Source: Methanotrichaceae archaeon (GTDB taxonomy: Archaea > Halobacteriota > Methanosarcinia > Methanotrichales > Methanotrichaceae). From it: a stretch of 64,000 nucleotides of DNA. A model generated the notes under the pieces. That model ran no database searches. It was not told the origin of the DNA and saw only the letters and a program-made list of their open reading frames with translations. The position numbers and the translations under genes were made by a program. Position 1 is the first letter of the stretch; each line of letters starts with the position of its first letter. Location: the NCBI GenBank assembly GCA_963813075.1, contig CAWEXU010000031.1, forward strand, positions 202,582-266,581, in the 5' to 3' direction. This document shows positions 31,368 through 42,743 of this stretch, in pieces.

Positions 31368-34300
31368 CAAGCTTTTCATGCTTAACTTCAAGAAGTTCCG
31401 CCGGGCGGAGGTGGAGTTTCAGGATGGAGTCACCGGCATCTTGGGGAGCAACGGCGCTGGCAAGAGCACCATCGTTGAGGCCATAGCCTGGTCGCTTTAT
31501 GGAAGCCGGGCTTCGAGCATAAAGAGGGACTTCATCAGGAACTCCCGCGCCGGCGAGGCTGACTCGGTGGAGGTCAAGCTCTCCATGTCTCTTGGAAAGC
31601 GGGAGCTAGACATCTACCGCTCCATGAAAGGGAAGAATATGACTCCCGAGGCTTTTCTCTTCCTGGATGGGCAGAGGATCGCCGCCGGCACAAAGGAGGT
31701 CGACCAGAGACTGGAGGATATCCTGAAGATCAGCTATCAGGATTTCATGAAGACCTTCTACGCCCGGCAAAAGGACCTGGACAATCTGCTCAAAGAGGGG
31801 GGAATGGGCAAGAGGGAGTATCTGCTCAAGCTCCTGGGTCTGGAGGACATAAAGGAGAGCGCCCTGGAGGAGATCAAATCCGATCGATCGAATCTTGAAG
31901 AGCAGAGGAGCAGGCTGGCTGGAGCCCTGGCGGAGATCGGAGAGGTCCAGGCGCGGCTGGAGGAGGCATCGCGGGAGATATCTTTTGCCAGAGAGGGGCT
32001 GGGGGAGGCGGAAAGATGTGAAGCCCAATTGCTGGGGGCGAGGGAGTTGCGATTCCTAGAGACTGGATGTTCTCAACCAGAAGATGAACTCTTATGGCAT
32101 TCTGGCGGAGAGGGCCTCCCGGCTGCAGGAGGAGTACAGGAGCCTCGAGATCCTCATAGCCCGGGATGAGGGGCGACTGAAGGAGATCGAGGCATCAAAG
32201 AGGCGATTGGCTGAGATCGGCCCGGCTCTGGACAGGCTGGCCGGGGTCATCGCCAGGCTGGAGCTGCTTGAGCCCAGGAGGACTCTGTTCGAGGAGATCT
32301 CCAGGAAAATAGCAGTGGCAAAGGCACGCCTGGAGGGAGAGAGAGCTGCTCTGGAGAAGGATGAGAAAAGGCTGGTGCAGCTTGAAGGGGATAGGGCTCG
32401 GCTGGGCGAGCTTGAGCCCTGTGAAGAGGAATATAAAGAAGTTCAAATTCTCCTGGCCAGGCTGGAAGAGCTGCGAGAGAGGTATGCCAAAATCAGCCTG
32501 AGCCAGAAAGAGGATGCCATCCGGCTGGAGGGAGCAAGGTCAAACCTGGTCCGAGCAGACAAATCCATCGAGGATCTGCAAAAAGCAGCTGCCAGGTACG
32601 AAGAGCTTCAGCCGGCAATAGAAGAAGAGAAGAGGCTGAGAGTTGAGCAGGCAAAGCTATCCGGAGAGAAGGAACGGCAAAAGGAGCTGGACCTTCTGGA
32701 GAGCCAGAAAAAGGCCCTGGAAGACAGGATAGCAGCCCTGCAGGATGGCGGCAGCAAAAATCCAGGAGGATCTTGTGGGCCTGGGAGACCTGGAAGAGAG
32801 AGAGGAAGAGCTGCGCCAGCAGGACAGGGACCTTGACTCTCTCGGATCCGAATTGAACAATGCCCTGGCCGACCTCAGGGGGAGCCTGAAGGTTCAGGAG
32901 AATGCGTTTCTGGAAAATGAGAGGGCACTGAAAAAGGTCAGATCACTGGGAAGTGAGGGGCTCTGTCCCACCTGCGAGAGGCCAATAGAAGGCCAGAGGG
33001 ATCTGCTCCTGGGAAAGTACCAGTCCGCCCTGGCCCAGGCGAAAGAGGAGAGGGAGAAGCTGAAGGGAATGACGGCCTCCCTTACTGAGAAGATCGAGGG
33101 GGTGGCAGGCTCTCGCAGCCGGCTTGCCGGGGCCTTTGAGGATCTGAATGGCAAAAAAAGCCGGCGATCTGCTCTGCAGGCCGATATGAAAAATGCCAAT
33201 TTGCAGATCAGAGAGACGAATAAGGAAATTGAAGGGATTGAAAATCAGCTCCTCTCTTTTGCCGGTCTTGCTTTTGACGCCGCAAGACTCTCAGAGGTCG
33301 AGGCCGCTCTGGCAGATCTGGCTCCGCGGGTTTTAGAGTGGCAGAGCCTGGCCGGACGCAAGGAGGAACTGCCCAGAAGGATCACGGAAAGGGAGGCTCT
33401 GGTAAAGGAGATAGAGACCCTGGAGGAGAGAGGGCAGCATCTGGCAGAGCAGATTCGAGAGCTGGGCTACTCAGAGTCTCAATATATAGAGGCTAAGAGA
33501 AGGTGGGAGAGCACAAAGCCGCAGCATGAGCAGTTCATCACCCTCATGGAGAGGACCAAGGAGATTCCGGCTCTGGAGGAGAAGACCGCTTTCCAGAGAG
33601 GGGAGATAGAAAAAGCCTGCTGCTCTTTAGAGGAGCTGGAGAGATCGGGCAAGGACCTGGGCTTTGATCCAAAAGAGTACAGCACTTTACTGGCGGAGAG
33701 AAAGCATCTCGCCCAGGCGGAGGAAGAGGCCAACAAAATAAAAATCCGGCTGGCACTTGAGCCGGAGGTGAAAGGAAAGCTGGCCGAGTCTAGAGATGCC
33801 CTGGAAGCCAGGCAAGTGGATATCGCTCAAATAAAGGCGGAGACGGAGTCATCTGGCCTACAGCCAGAAGGCCCATGAGAATGCAAAGCTCGACCTGGCC
33901 GAGGCGGAGAGGAATCTGGCCGCATCGCAAAAGACCCTCTCAGATTTGAGGGTTCGCCTTGGCGTCCTGGAGGCGGGACTGGCAAGGCTGAGAGAAGAGG
34001 AGAAGAGAAAGACTGAGCACGAAAAGAGGCTGGAAGAGACCTCAAGGAAGCTGGAGGTGGTGGAGATGACCCGAGGTCTGGTCAACGACTTCATGGATCA
34101 GGTTCTGATCCGGGTGAAAAACGACATCGCCAAAGCGGCCAGCGAAATCTTAGAGGAGGTCTCGGGCAAGTACAGCCTGCTGAAGATCGACGACGACTTC
34201 AATATTCAGGTGGAGGACGGCGGCAACTTCTACCCCATCTCCCGCTACTCCGGCGGGGAGATCGATATGATCGCCGTATCGGTGCGGGTGGCCATAAGCG

Positions 34301-34539
34301 AGTACCTGATGCGCTTTGGCCCGGATGGTGAGAGCTACTCCTTCCTGATCCTGGACGAGGTCTTCGGCAGCCAGGATATCGAGCACCGGGAGAAGATGAT
34401 CCAGATGCTCAGAAGCCTGGAAGAGCGTTTTCCCCAGATCATCACCATCAGCCACATCAGCGACGTGCAGGGGCAGTTTGACAATACACTGCTGGTGGTG
34501 GAGGACGAGCTGGGCAACAGCCGGGTGGAGGCAATTTGA
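31357..34539 (+). CDS. rad50: Rad50 SMC-like ATPase; split into four ORFs by frameshifts
   Basis: GSNGAGKST, coiled coil, Zn hook CPTC, YSGGE, ILDEVFGSQD. Confidence 0.92.
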
Positions 34540-34658
34540 TTTGATCTATCAACGATCACCATCCAGCCGAAAGTACAGCGGTTCCTTAAGAAGAAAGCCG
34601 AATGCAGCGTCAGAATGAGTAATGGATATATTTGAGCTAAGATGTGAGTTTATAAAAG

Positions 34659-34832
34659 ATGGCTTCGTCAGTTGAAATCATAAAGAACAAGAGTTCCCGA
34701 AAGCTTGATGCCTTCATAGACTCCTTGACCGACAAAGAGATTGATGAGTTGAACGCCGATGAAGGCGGTGATGAAGAGCCTATGCCTTTTGAGGAGTTTT
34801 GCAGGAAAGCAGGCATTAAACTTCAAAAATAA
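34659..34832 (+). CDS. Small acidic protein, possible antitoxin (57 aa), preceded by a RelE-like remnant at ~34540-34634
   Basis: MASSVEII...EEPMPFEEFCRKAGI; upstream TITIQPKVQRFLKK fragment. Confidence 0.4.
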   Translation: MASSVEIIKNKSSRKLDAFIDSLTDKEIDELNADEGGDEEPMPFEEFCRKAGIKLQK

Positions 34833-34917
34833 TTAAGATAGCCCTATAATCGCCCTTCGCTAAATCATGTGGCTAACGTACTGTAGAAAATTTTCCTTTG
34901 TGCCTTTGCGCTTTGTG

Positions 34918-36502
34918 CCTAAACTCCGCCCTTTTTAATAACCATATTCGCCTCAACAGGCACGCTAATTTCCATCTTTTCCAAAATCGTCCTCTGTTTT
35001 TTAGAGACCTCTGTAAGCCTCCACTTTCCGCCGACTTTAACTGCTCGCAACTTTGACAATTCCATCAGAATCTCCTCGATAGAACTCTTATCGAGCAGCT
35101 TAGCCTCCCTTGCCCTCCGGAGCAAAATTGCTCTCAGTATCAGCGATATGAAGAAGATGAACAGCAAGCCTTGTAGCGTTTCGACCTTCTGTACTCTCAG
35201 AGGCATAACTTCAAGTTCATTCTTCAGATCATCGAACTTCTTCTCGACTTCGTCTCTCTCCCGATAGAGAGAAAGGACCTCATCCCAGCTTCGTTTTGAT
35301 GAAGAAAGTAGAATTGTCTTTCCAAATCGATTTACAGCCTGCGATATGGCGTTCACTCGTCTGCTAAGATGAATCGTCTTGCCTTCCAGAGTGTACTCAA
35401 AATATCTTTCAAAATTTCCTGCTGTCCTCTTGAATTGGTCGATTGGATTTCGGAACTCTTTTCCGTCAATGGTGCATTCGATATCGATTAATCGATTGTA
35501 GAACGAATTTGTTTCTAATCCTTCTCGCTTCTTGTTAAACAGGACATATCCATAGGCATCGACGTCCCCAATTTGAATCTCACTTTCCAGGACATAGAAG
35601 ATATCACCGCCAAATCTTTTAGCATTAGCCGGGCTCTCAATTTCTCTATTCGTCTCACTGATCAAGCCCTTGCCGACATTGACGCTAAACGGAAGAGGAA
35701 TGATAAAATCGATGTTCGCGTCGTTCATTTCTTTTATATTATTCTCACTGTAGAATCCGCGATCCAAGATGAATAGACTCTTCGATATGCCAAGCGCTTT
35801 GACCTCAGCCACAAGGTTTTTCAGAGTCACAACATCGCTGATGCTGCCTGGAAACAGTTTGAAATATAAAGGTAGATGCCTATGCAATGAAAGAACCAGG
35901 CCGAGGTTCACTTGAGGCAGGTCAAGACCATCGCGATTATATCCCCACTCCAGCCAATCGATATTTCTGGAAGCAGATGAGAGCGATGTGATATCGAATA
36001 TCAGCGTCTCATCCTCGCCGGCGATCAAAGAATTATAGAACGAATTCATGGACTTTTCTTTTGTGGCCAATCGTTCCAGGAAATTTGAAAGCCATTGGGA
36101 GCTGAATGATTCTTTGAGCGAGTACATCTCTGGCAGGAAAGAATCATCAAGAACGTTGTTTAAATTCTTAAGAGAGGTTTGATGAAGCAGCTTGCTCATT
36201 GCCATAGCTAAAATTATATCGCCATCTTCGGCAAATGATTCTGAAAGCTTCTTTCTGAGCTGGATCTCACTGCTTACGGAATCCAGAAGATATGCCGGGC
36301 CTAATGATTTCGTTGTCTTGACATCTCGTTCTGCTGTTTTCGGGATGATCTGGCCTGTTGCCTCATCCCAAACGCCAAGGTATCGCCGTTTCTGCCGGGA
36401 TTGTTTCTTTTCAGGATCCCAATAATTTTCGGCTTCGTAAGCATATGTCCGCCCGCGGATCTTCTGCTTAACCAGATATGTCATAGCTAAGAGTAATAAC
36501 CA
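34918..36502 (-). mobile_element. IS1634-family element; DDE transposase CDS 34919..36484
   Basis: YAYEAENYWDPEKKQSRQK, FDITS, GYNRDG..LPQVNLGL, DRGFYS, YRERDEVEKKF. Confidence 0.9.
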
Positions 36503-36632
36503 TTGCGCCTTTGTGGTGAGGCCTAAGAATCCCGATTTCACCAGAGAGACAAAATGGAGAAATAGTGGCCCCAGTTATGCCCATAGAACACAGCCTAGAA
36601 CCGTTTGCCTGGATTTCTCCACCCAGCATACT

Positions 36633-37818
36633 TCAGCCTAAAGCATAGCGGAGCAGCCCGGCCAGCTTCAAGCCATCCCAGTCCAAATGAAGGAGCATCT
36701 TCATCATCAGACTGCTGGGCCGGTCGATATCCCCATGCTCTTCTATGGTCTTGATAAGCGCGGGCTTTCCGGCCAGGTAATTCACCAGCTCGTCGCATTC
36801 TTTGCCGCTCATTCGATTCAGCATCCGGTTTGCCCTCATGCCGATCTCCAGCTCCCGGCCCAATTTGGCCCGCCAGATCCGGTCGTACTCCTGCAGCCGC
36901 AAAACAGAGCCGTCGCCTTCCATTGCAGCTGCTGCCGCCACCCCGCCCGCGATTTTGGCCGCCACCAGTCCGGGATAGATCCCTCCTCCCGAGGTGGGCT
37001 TGACCTGGCCGGCAGCATCCCCCACCACTAAAAGGCCCTGGGCGACGGTCGTCGCGGGCGGCCCAAGCGGCAGGCCGCCCACGTTTATCGCTGTTGCCGA
37101 TCCCGAGGATCCTCTTTCTAATTCTTTCCTGCCCGAGGAATCTCTTCAAATGCTCGCATCCCCTCTCCCTGGCGCACAGGCCTATGCGAGCACTCTCTTC
37201 GCCCGTGGGTATCACCCAGGCGAAAAGGCCCGGCGCGGCTCCCAGGTGCACCTCCACCGATTCGGGGTCCTCTACTGCAAAGGGAACCTCCACCTGCGCT
37301 CCGGACAAAACCACCTCCGGAGGCATGATCCCCGCCTGTCGGGCCAGCCTGCCTCTGACTCCTTCGGCAGAGATGACAATCGATGCCCGGATCGCTTCGC
37401 CTCCCCCAAGGGAGAGAATGCTCTCTTCCCCCTCTCGTCTTATTCTTCTGACCGGCGAGCAGAGCCTCATCTCCGCCCCCTCTCGCAGGGCCTCGCAGGC
37501 TAGCGCCCGGTCAAAAAGCCTCCTGTCCACGACATAGGCCCTTGGAGCCTGGGCTTTGAAGTCCAATCGATTGCCGGCCGGGGAATAGATCGCCGCCCCT
37601 TTCATCCTTCCCAGGACAAATGAGCCTTCTTTTAGCTCCGACTCCGCCATCGCCCCTAAACCGAGCAGGCCGGCGCACTCCACCGGCCAGCCCACCATTG
37701 GATGCTCCTCCAGGAGGATCGTTTCTGCTCCCGATTTAGCGGCATATTTGGCGGCCATGGAGCCCGCCGGGCCGGCGCCGATGACGGCTACGTCAAAATG
37801 ATCTTTCAGGGAATGCAT
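36633..37818 (-). CDS. Geranylgeranyl reductase family (DGGGPL reductase); frameshift near 37095
   Basis: GAGPAGS, FAWVIP, VGDAAGQVKPTSGGGI. Confidence 0.88.
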
Positions 37819-38294
37819 CTTTCCAGGTATTCTGCCAGACCTTCTATCGTCTCGATCTTTTCATCAATCTGGGTGCCCTCAGAGATGCGGTCGTACACCA
37901 GATCCCAGCAGGAATAGTCCCTCAGCCTGAGGACGGGCTCTCCTTTTGGCGTCCAGGCCATTTCTATCTCATAGCGCACCCACTGGCCGTTCTCCTTTAT
38001 GACCTCAAAGTTCTGGCAGGCTCCGACAGCGCCGCCAGAGATGACCGGTTTTCCGCCATCCACCTGTTCATCGACCTGTACATTGATGAACAGCCTTATC
38101 CAGCTTTTGTATTTCGAGTAACGGCAGGCCCAGTCAGATAGACATACAGGACCCTCCCAGCCGGGGATCTCTCTCATGTTCTCCAGATTCCATTCCTCCA
38201 AATCGACCTCGTTCTGATTCATCTTGAGCTGATTCACCTCATCCGAGTTCACCTCATTCACATTGTCTGACCGGCATATGCCTCTTGCGGGCAA
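37806..38294 (-). CDS. Hypothetical protein, start uncertain
   Basis: Trp-rich 162 aa ORF overlapping GGR start. Confidence 0.55.
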   Translation of the reverse strand: MPARGICRSDNVNEVNSDEVNQLKMNQNEVDLEEWNLENMREIPGWEGPVCLSDWACRYSKYKSWIRLFINVQVDEQVDGGKPVISGGAVGACQNFEVIKENGQWVRYEIEMAWTPKGEPVLRLRDYSCWDLVYDRISEGTQIDEKIETIEGLAEYLERCIP

Positions 38295-38351
38295 GTCGAA
38301 GTAGGTGCCAGGTGCAAAAGCATTTGTACAATCCTGACATAATAATACTCT

Positions 38352-39200
38352 ATGGCCGAGGTAGTGGAGCTGATTGAGGAGACAGCAGGAAAGAAGGAAG
38401 ATGGGGCAGAGGAGGAGGATTCAACCCCTTCTGCACCTCCCAGGACCATATGGTCAGGCAGCCTGAGAATAGGTCTGGTCAACATTCCGGTCAAAGCCTT
38501 CTCCATGATCAGGAACACCCGCATCAGCTTTCGCATGCTTCACAAAGCTTGCAAGACCCCCATCTCCTTCAAGCGCTACTGCCAGGAGGGAGAGGAGGTA
38601 GCCCTCGCGGACATAGTCTACGGTTATCCTCTGGGAAAGGATAAGTATGTAGTTCTGGAGAAAAAGGAGATCGATAAGGCGAAGCCCGAATCCAGGAACA
38701 CCATAGCCCTCGACCGCTTCATCAGCTTCTTTGAGGTCGATCCACATTACTTTGAGAAGACATATCTGCTGCTGCCCGACCGCTCCGAGGAGGCCTACTC
38801 CCTTTTAAGAGCAGTGATGGAGAAAACGGGCAAAGCGGCCATCGGCAGGATCACCATGCACTCCCGGGAGAGGCCGGTCATAGTCCACTACTACCGGCAG
38901 GCAATCGCTGCCACCACCATGAGGTACCCTGATGAGATCACAGATCCGGCGGGATATAGCGTACTGAAAGAGCTTCCCGAGCCGTCGGAAAAGGAGATGG
39001 AGCTTGCTATTGAGATCGTTCGCGGCCTGACTGGCGAGCTGGATTATGGCGCTTATGAGGATGAGTACAAGAAGAGAATCGAGGCCCTGGTCAGGTCCAA
39101 GGTGGAGGGCGTGGTGATTGTACCGGAGAAGAAGAGGGAGAAGCCCCCGGCCAGGAGTCTGATGGAGGCCCTGCGGGCGACGGCCGATTCGCTGAAATGA
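38352..39200 (+). CDS. ku: Ku protein (NHEJ end-binding)
   Basis: IWSGSLRIGLVNIPVK, YFEKTYLL, AYSLL..ME...KAAIG, MRYPDEI, LMEALRA. Confidence 0.95.
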   Translation: MAEVVELIEETAGKKEDGAEEEDSTPSAPPRTIWSGSLRIGLVNIPVKAFSMIRNTRISFRMLHKACKTPISFKRYCQEGEEVALADIVYGYPLGKDKYVVLEKKEIDKAKPESRNTIALDRFISFFEVDPHYFEKTYLLLPDRSEEAYSLLRAVMEKTGKAAIGRITMHSRERPVIVHYYRQAIAATTMRYPDEITDPAGYSVLKELPEPSEKEMELAIEIVRGLTGELDYGAYEDEYKKRIEALVRSKVEGVVIVPEKKREKPPARSLMEALRATADSLK

Positions 39201-40157
39201 ATCCGATCAAGCCGATGCTGGCTGTATCCGGCCAGCCCTTCAGCAGAGAGGGCTGGATCTTCGAGCCGAAGATCGACGGGACCCGCTGCATAGCCTCGGC
39301 CCAGAAAAGGGTCGTGCTCTCCAACCGCAGGCTAGCGGATATCAGCTATCGCTACCCTGAGCTGGTAAGTGCGCTGAGCAGCCTGAAGGAGGAGTGCGTC
39401 CTGGACGGCGAGATCACCGTCTTCAAGAAGGGCATTCCCAATTTTCGTTCTTTAGCGGAGCGAGACCATCAGAACGATAAGATCAAGATAGACTACCTCT
39501 CCCGTGCCATGCCGGCCAGCTATGTCATATTCGATATCCTCCATCTAAATGGGGAGAGCCTGATGCATCTTCCCCTCAAAGAGAGAAAGAGGATTTTGTT
39601 CGAGCAGTTGGAGGCGGATCTGGAGGATAGCGAGACCGTGACCCTCATCGACTCCTTTCCTGAGAAGGGGGAGGATTATTTTCAGGCCGCTCTCAAAATG
39701 GGGAATTGAGGGAGTGGTCGGCAAGAGGCTGGAGTCGCTCTATCTGCCCGGCATCAGGAGCCAGGACTGGGTGAAGATCAAAAAGAGCCTCAAGCTGGAT
39801 TTAGTTGTAGGCGGCTACATTCCGGGAAAAGGGGATCGATTGCCTTTCTTTGGCGGACTTCTCCTCGGCGCCTACAGCCAGGGCAAACTGGTGTACATCA
39901 GCAGGGTTGGATCCGGCTTTACCGAAGAGGAGCTGCAGGATATCACCAGCCGCTTTTCGCCCACTGAAGAGTCCCCGTTCTCCGATCCGCCGGCAACGCC
40001 AGGAGTAGTATGGATCGAGCCGAAGATGGTGGTCCAGGTCACCGCTCTGGAGACAACACATGATGGCGGCCTGCGGGCCCCGGTATTCCTGCGCCTGAGG
40101 GATGACAAGGAGCCGGAGGAGTGCACATTGGATCAGATGGGAGCGGAATTAAAATAA
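39197..40157 (+). CDS. ATP-dependent DNA ligase (LigD ligase domain only); extra G near 39701
   Basis: EPKIDG, LDGEI, FDIL, EGVVGK, Y.PG.RS.DWVKIK, VGSGF, LRAPVFLRLRDDK. Confidence 0.92.
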
Positions 40158-40180
40158 CTTGTGAAGAAGATCCGAAGAAG

Positions 40181-40592
40181 ACGCGCCTCTAAAGAGAAGC
40201 ATAAAATCGAGTTCCGGGCGGGTTCAGCACCGATCCACAGCGCCCTTTTAGAAGGAGCCAATCACATTGTGATGGCCTGTCCGCGCCCCGAGCCCGACTC
40301 AAAGCCGGGCAATATAGCAATTACCACACTGGACTTAACGCAGCGTCCCTTTTACGAGAACCCTAAAGCACCGCTTGATGCCGGGTTGATCAATTGCACT
40401 GCCACTGGCTTTGTGCCGCGCCCATTGAGCCAGGCGAGATTTCCAGATAAGCTGAATTAAGGCATACTACGCCAATTAAGGCGTGTATCTCTTTGACCCA
40501 CTGGTCATCAGCTTTTCTGGTGCTTTTCGGATGCTGCCCCAATAACAGCACCGATAAGCTTTTTTCTCGTTCTTGCGGCTTTAGACGCGGCA
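40181..40592 (-). ncRNA. Candidate ~410-nt structured non-coding RNA, family unknown
   Basis: 5'/3' ends complementary; at least eight nested stems with G-U pairs favouring the minus strand; upstream BRE/TATA-like ccgaaaactacaaata; no convincing ORF. Confidence 0.6.
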
Positions 40593-40711
40593 ATCTATCT
40601 ATATAATCGTTATAGTTATTTGTAGTTTTCGGTTGAAATCGAATAAATTAAGTGGCCAGACGCAAAGCATGGAGCCAGTAAATATACGGCGAAATTATGC
40701 GGTGAAATACT

Positions 40712-41473
40712 GTGAAGATAGTCTACAGCAGAGAAATGCAGGAGAGGTATCCTGCAAACCCGGTGGAGAATCCGGATAGAATCTCTCTCTCGGCCTCAGT
40801 TCTGCAGGAATTCGAATTCATTGAGCCCATTCCGGCAAGCCTTGAGGACATCGCCAGAGTGCATGGACCGGAGCATATCGAACGGGTGAAGAGCAATGGA
40901 CTGTACGATGCCGCCGCCCTTGCCGCGGGCAGTGCCATAGCGGCTGCCGAGCTGGCCCTTGCAGGAGAGCCAGCTTTTGCCCTCGCCCGCCCTCCAGGCC
41001 ACCACGCATCAGCCAACCGGGCCTGGGGAATGTGCTTTTTCAATAACATGGCCATAGCGGTGCAGAAAGTCCGGCCGAAAGCGAAGCGCGTCCTGATAAT
41101 CGACATCGATCTTCATTTTGGCGATGGCACAGTGAGCATCTTTCGGGGAGACAGCAATGTCCGGATCGTCAACCCCTGGTCGGTGGACGAGAACTTCGAG
41201 TACCTGAACATGGACCAGAGCCGCTATTTGGGGCAGATCAATGAGGCCTTCCAGGGTTTCGATTGCGATATCGTCGGGGTGTCGGCGGGCTTTGATACCT
41301 ATATCGAGGATTGGGGCGGCCTCTTGAAGATCGAGGACTACAGAATGATCGGCAGGGCCATCCGGGAAGGATCAGAGGAGAAATGCGACGGGAAGAGGTT
41401 CGCCCTGCTGGAGGGCGGATACCACCCGGGTCTTAAGTGGTGCATAAAGAGCTTCATCGAGGGATTCGGGTGA
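40712..41473 (+). CDS. Histone deacetylase/AcuC family protein
   Basis: RPPGHHA, GMCFFNN, DIDLHFGDG, SAGFD, LEGGY. Confidence 0.92.
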   Translation: MKIVYSREMQERYPANPVENPDRISLSASVLQEFEFIEPIPASLEDIARVHGPEHIERVKSNGLYDAAALAAGSAIAAAELALAGEPAFALARPPGHHASANRAWGMCFFNNMAIAVQKVRPKAKRVLIIDIDLHFGDGTVSIFRGDSNVRIVNPWSVDENFEYLNMDQSRYLGQINEAFQGFDCDIVGVSAGFDTYIEDWGGLLKIEDYRMIGRAIREGSEEKCDGKRFALLEGGYHPGLKWCIKSFIEGFG

Positions 41474-41505
41474 GCTGGCTGCAGCTAGCCAAAGAGAGCA
41501 TCCGG

Positions 41506-42104
41506 CTAGATCACGGATATTCCCACGGGAAATCCGCGCTCTTCCAGCTCCCTTCCCGCCATTACCCTCCTGTTGCCCTGCTGGTCAACGATGGTCAGGC
41601 TCTCCAGATGCCATTCGCCGGTCTGATTGGCTGGCAGGATAATGCTGGCATTATACCAGCCATCCTTAGCCGATCCCGCGGTGATGTTCGCCGCTGGTAA
41701 AAGGGCCACTGCCTCCACGCTGTCGGGCCCGGTGACTGAACCTGGCTTCGGCTCCATAAAATGCCTGGTCGTCTATGGCATGCAATGTGATATTGACCGG
41801 CTGGGAGGAGTTGGCCGGGATCGATTGCGGCTCAATGGCAAATCCCGCCAGGCTGGGGGCCTGGTCGTCCGCCATCGGCCCGGAGAGACTGCGAGGCGGG
41901 CTCAGAGGATCAGGGGATCGCCTAGGCGAGAAAGTCCTGGCTGTTGCCACCGATCTGGATGGTCTTCTCGATCGAGAAGACGCCTATCAGGTCCTCCATG
42001 CTTCGGCCGTACTCAGTGGCTGCGCCAAGAGCGGGGATCGTTGGAACTATAGCGAGCAGTACGAATACGGAAATGAGTATGGGGAAGAGGGAAATTCTGT
42101 TCAC
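41506..42104 (-). CDS. Secreted hypothetical protein; frameshifted
   Basis: Signal peptide then beta-rich segments across three ORFs. Confidence 0.5.
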
Positions 42105-42159
42105 GACTCGAATAATGCCACCAGGAGAGAAATAGCTTTTCCCTGCAAAAGAGCACGTC

Positions 42160-42669
42160 TTATGCCTCACTCTCCACCACTTCTTCAACCATGACCTCGC
42201 CCTCCTCATTCACATAGATCCGGGCATACCTCTCCAAAGCCCTCTTCTTGAAGAGCCCTGGAGCCTTACGCCGCAACTGCACCACTACATCCAGAGATGT
42301 GACAGGCAATCGTATCCCACACTTATCAGCAGCAGCAAAGATCATCTTTGGCAGAAGGAATACGTCCGTCCCCGCCGCAGCCTCGAGAGTGATCGGGGCG
42401 CGAATCATCATCCACTGCTGAACAGTCCTCTCCGCCCGGTCGATGTTCTGGTGAGCCCTCTTCTCCAGGATGCTGATATTGGAACGGGTGGTCCCCAGCC
42501 GATCGGCCACATCCTGCTGAGAGAGGCCCTGATGGCGCATCTGCAGCACCTCAAGCTGCCTTTTGGTCAGAAATGAATGGGAGGGGTATTCAGCTTCATC
42601 TTCCGTCACTGCCCTTTCGGAATCATCCATTTTTCCCGCCCCTTCATCTCCTTCTTCTTCAAAAATCAT
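42160..42669 (-). CDS. tfx: Tfx family DNA-binding protein
   Basis: SFLTKRQLEVL.MR.QGLSQQDVA..LGTTRSNISILEKRA..NI. Confidence 0.88.
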   Translation of the reverse strand: MIFEEEGDEGAGKMDDSERAVTEDEAEYPSHSFLTKRQLEVLQMRHQGLSQQDVADRLGTTRSNISILEKRAHQNIDRAERTVQQWMMIRAPITLEAAAGTDVFLLPKMIFAAADKCGIRLPVTSLDVVVQLRRKAPGLFKKRALERYARIYVNEEGEVMVEEVVESEA

Positions 42670-42743
42670 CTTATCATCTCATAAAGAGAAGCTTAAAGAA
42701 GATAAAATCATTCTTTTATCCTTCTCATCGATCTTCAAATCAT

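Noticed and set aside
28566..34539. Programmed frameshifting or split herA/rad50 genes
   Set aside because: Frameshifts occur window-wide without slippery-site consensus; sequencing error is simpler
40181..40592. RNase P RNA, SRP RNA or group II intron; also the ORFs 40161..40460 and 40390..40593
   Set aside because: GAGGAAAGTCC, SRP helix-8 and intron domain V motifs were not found; the ORFs start with GTG/TTG and have no recognisable protein features
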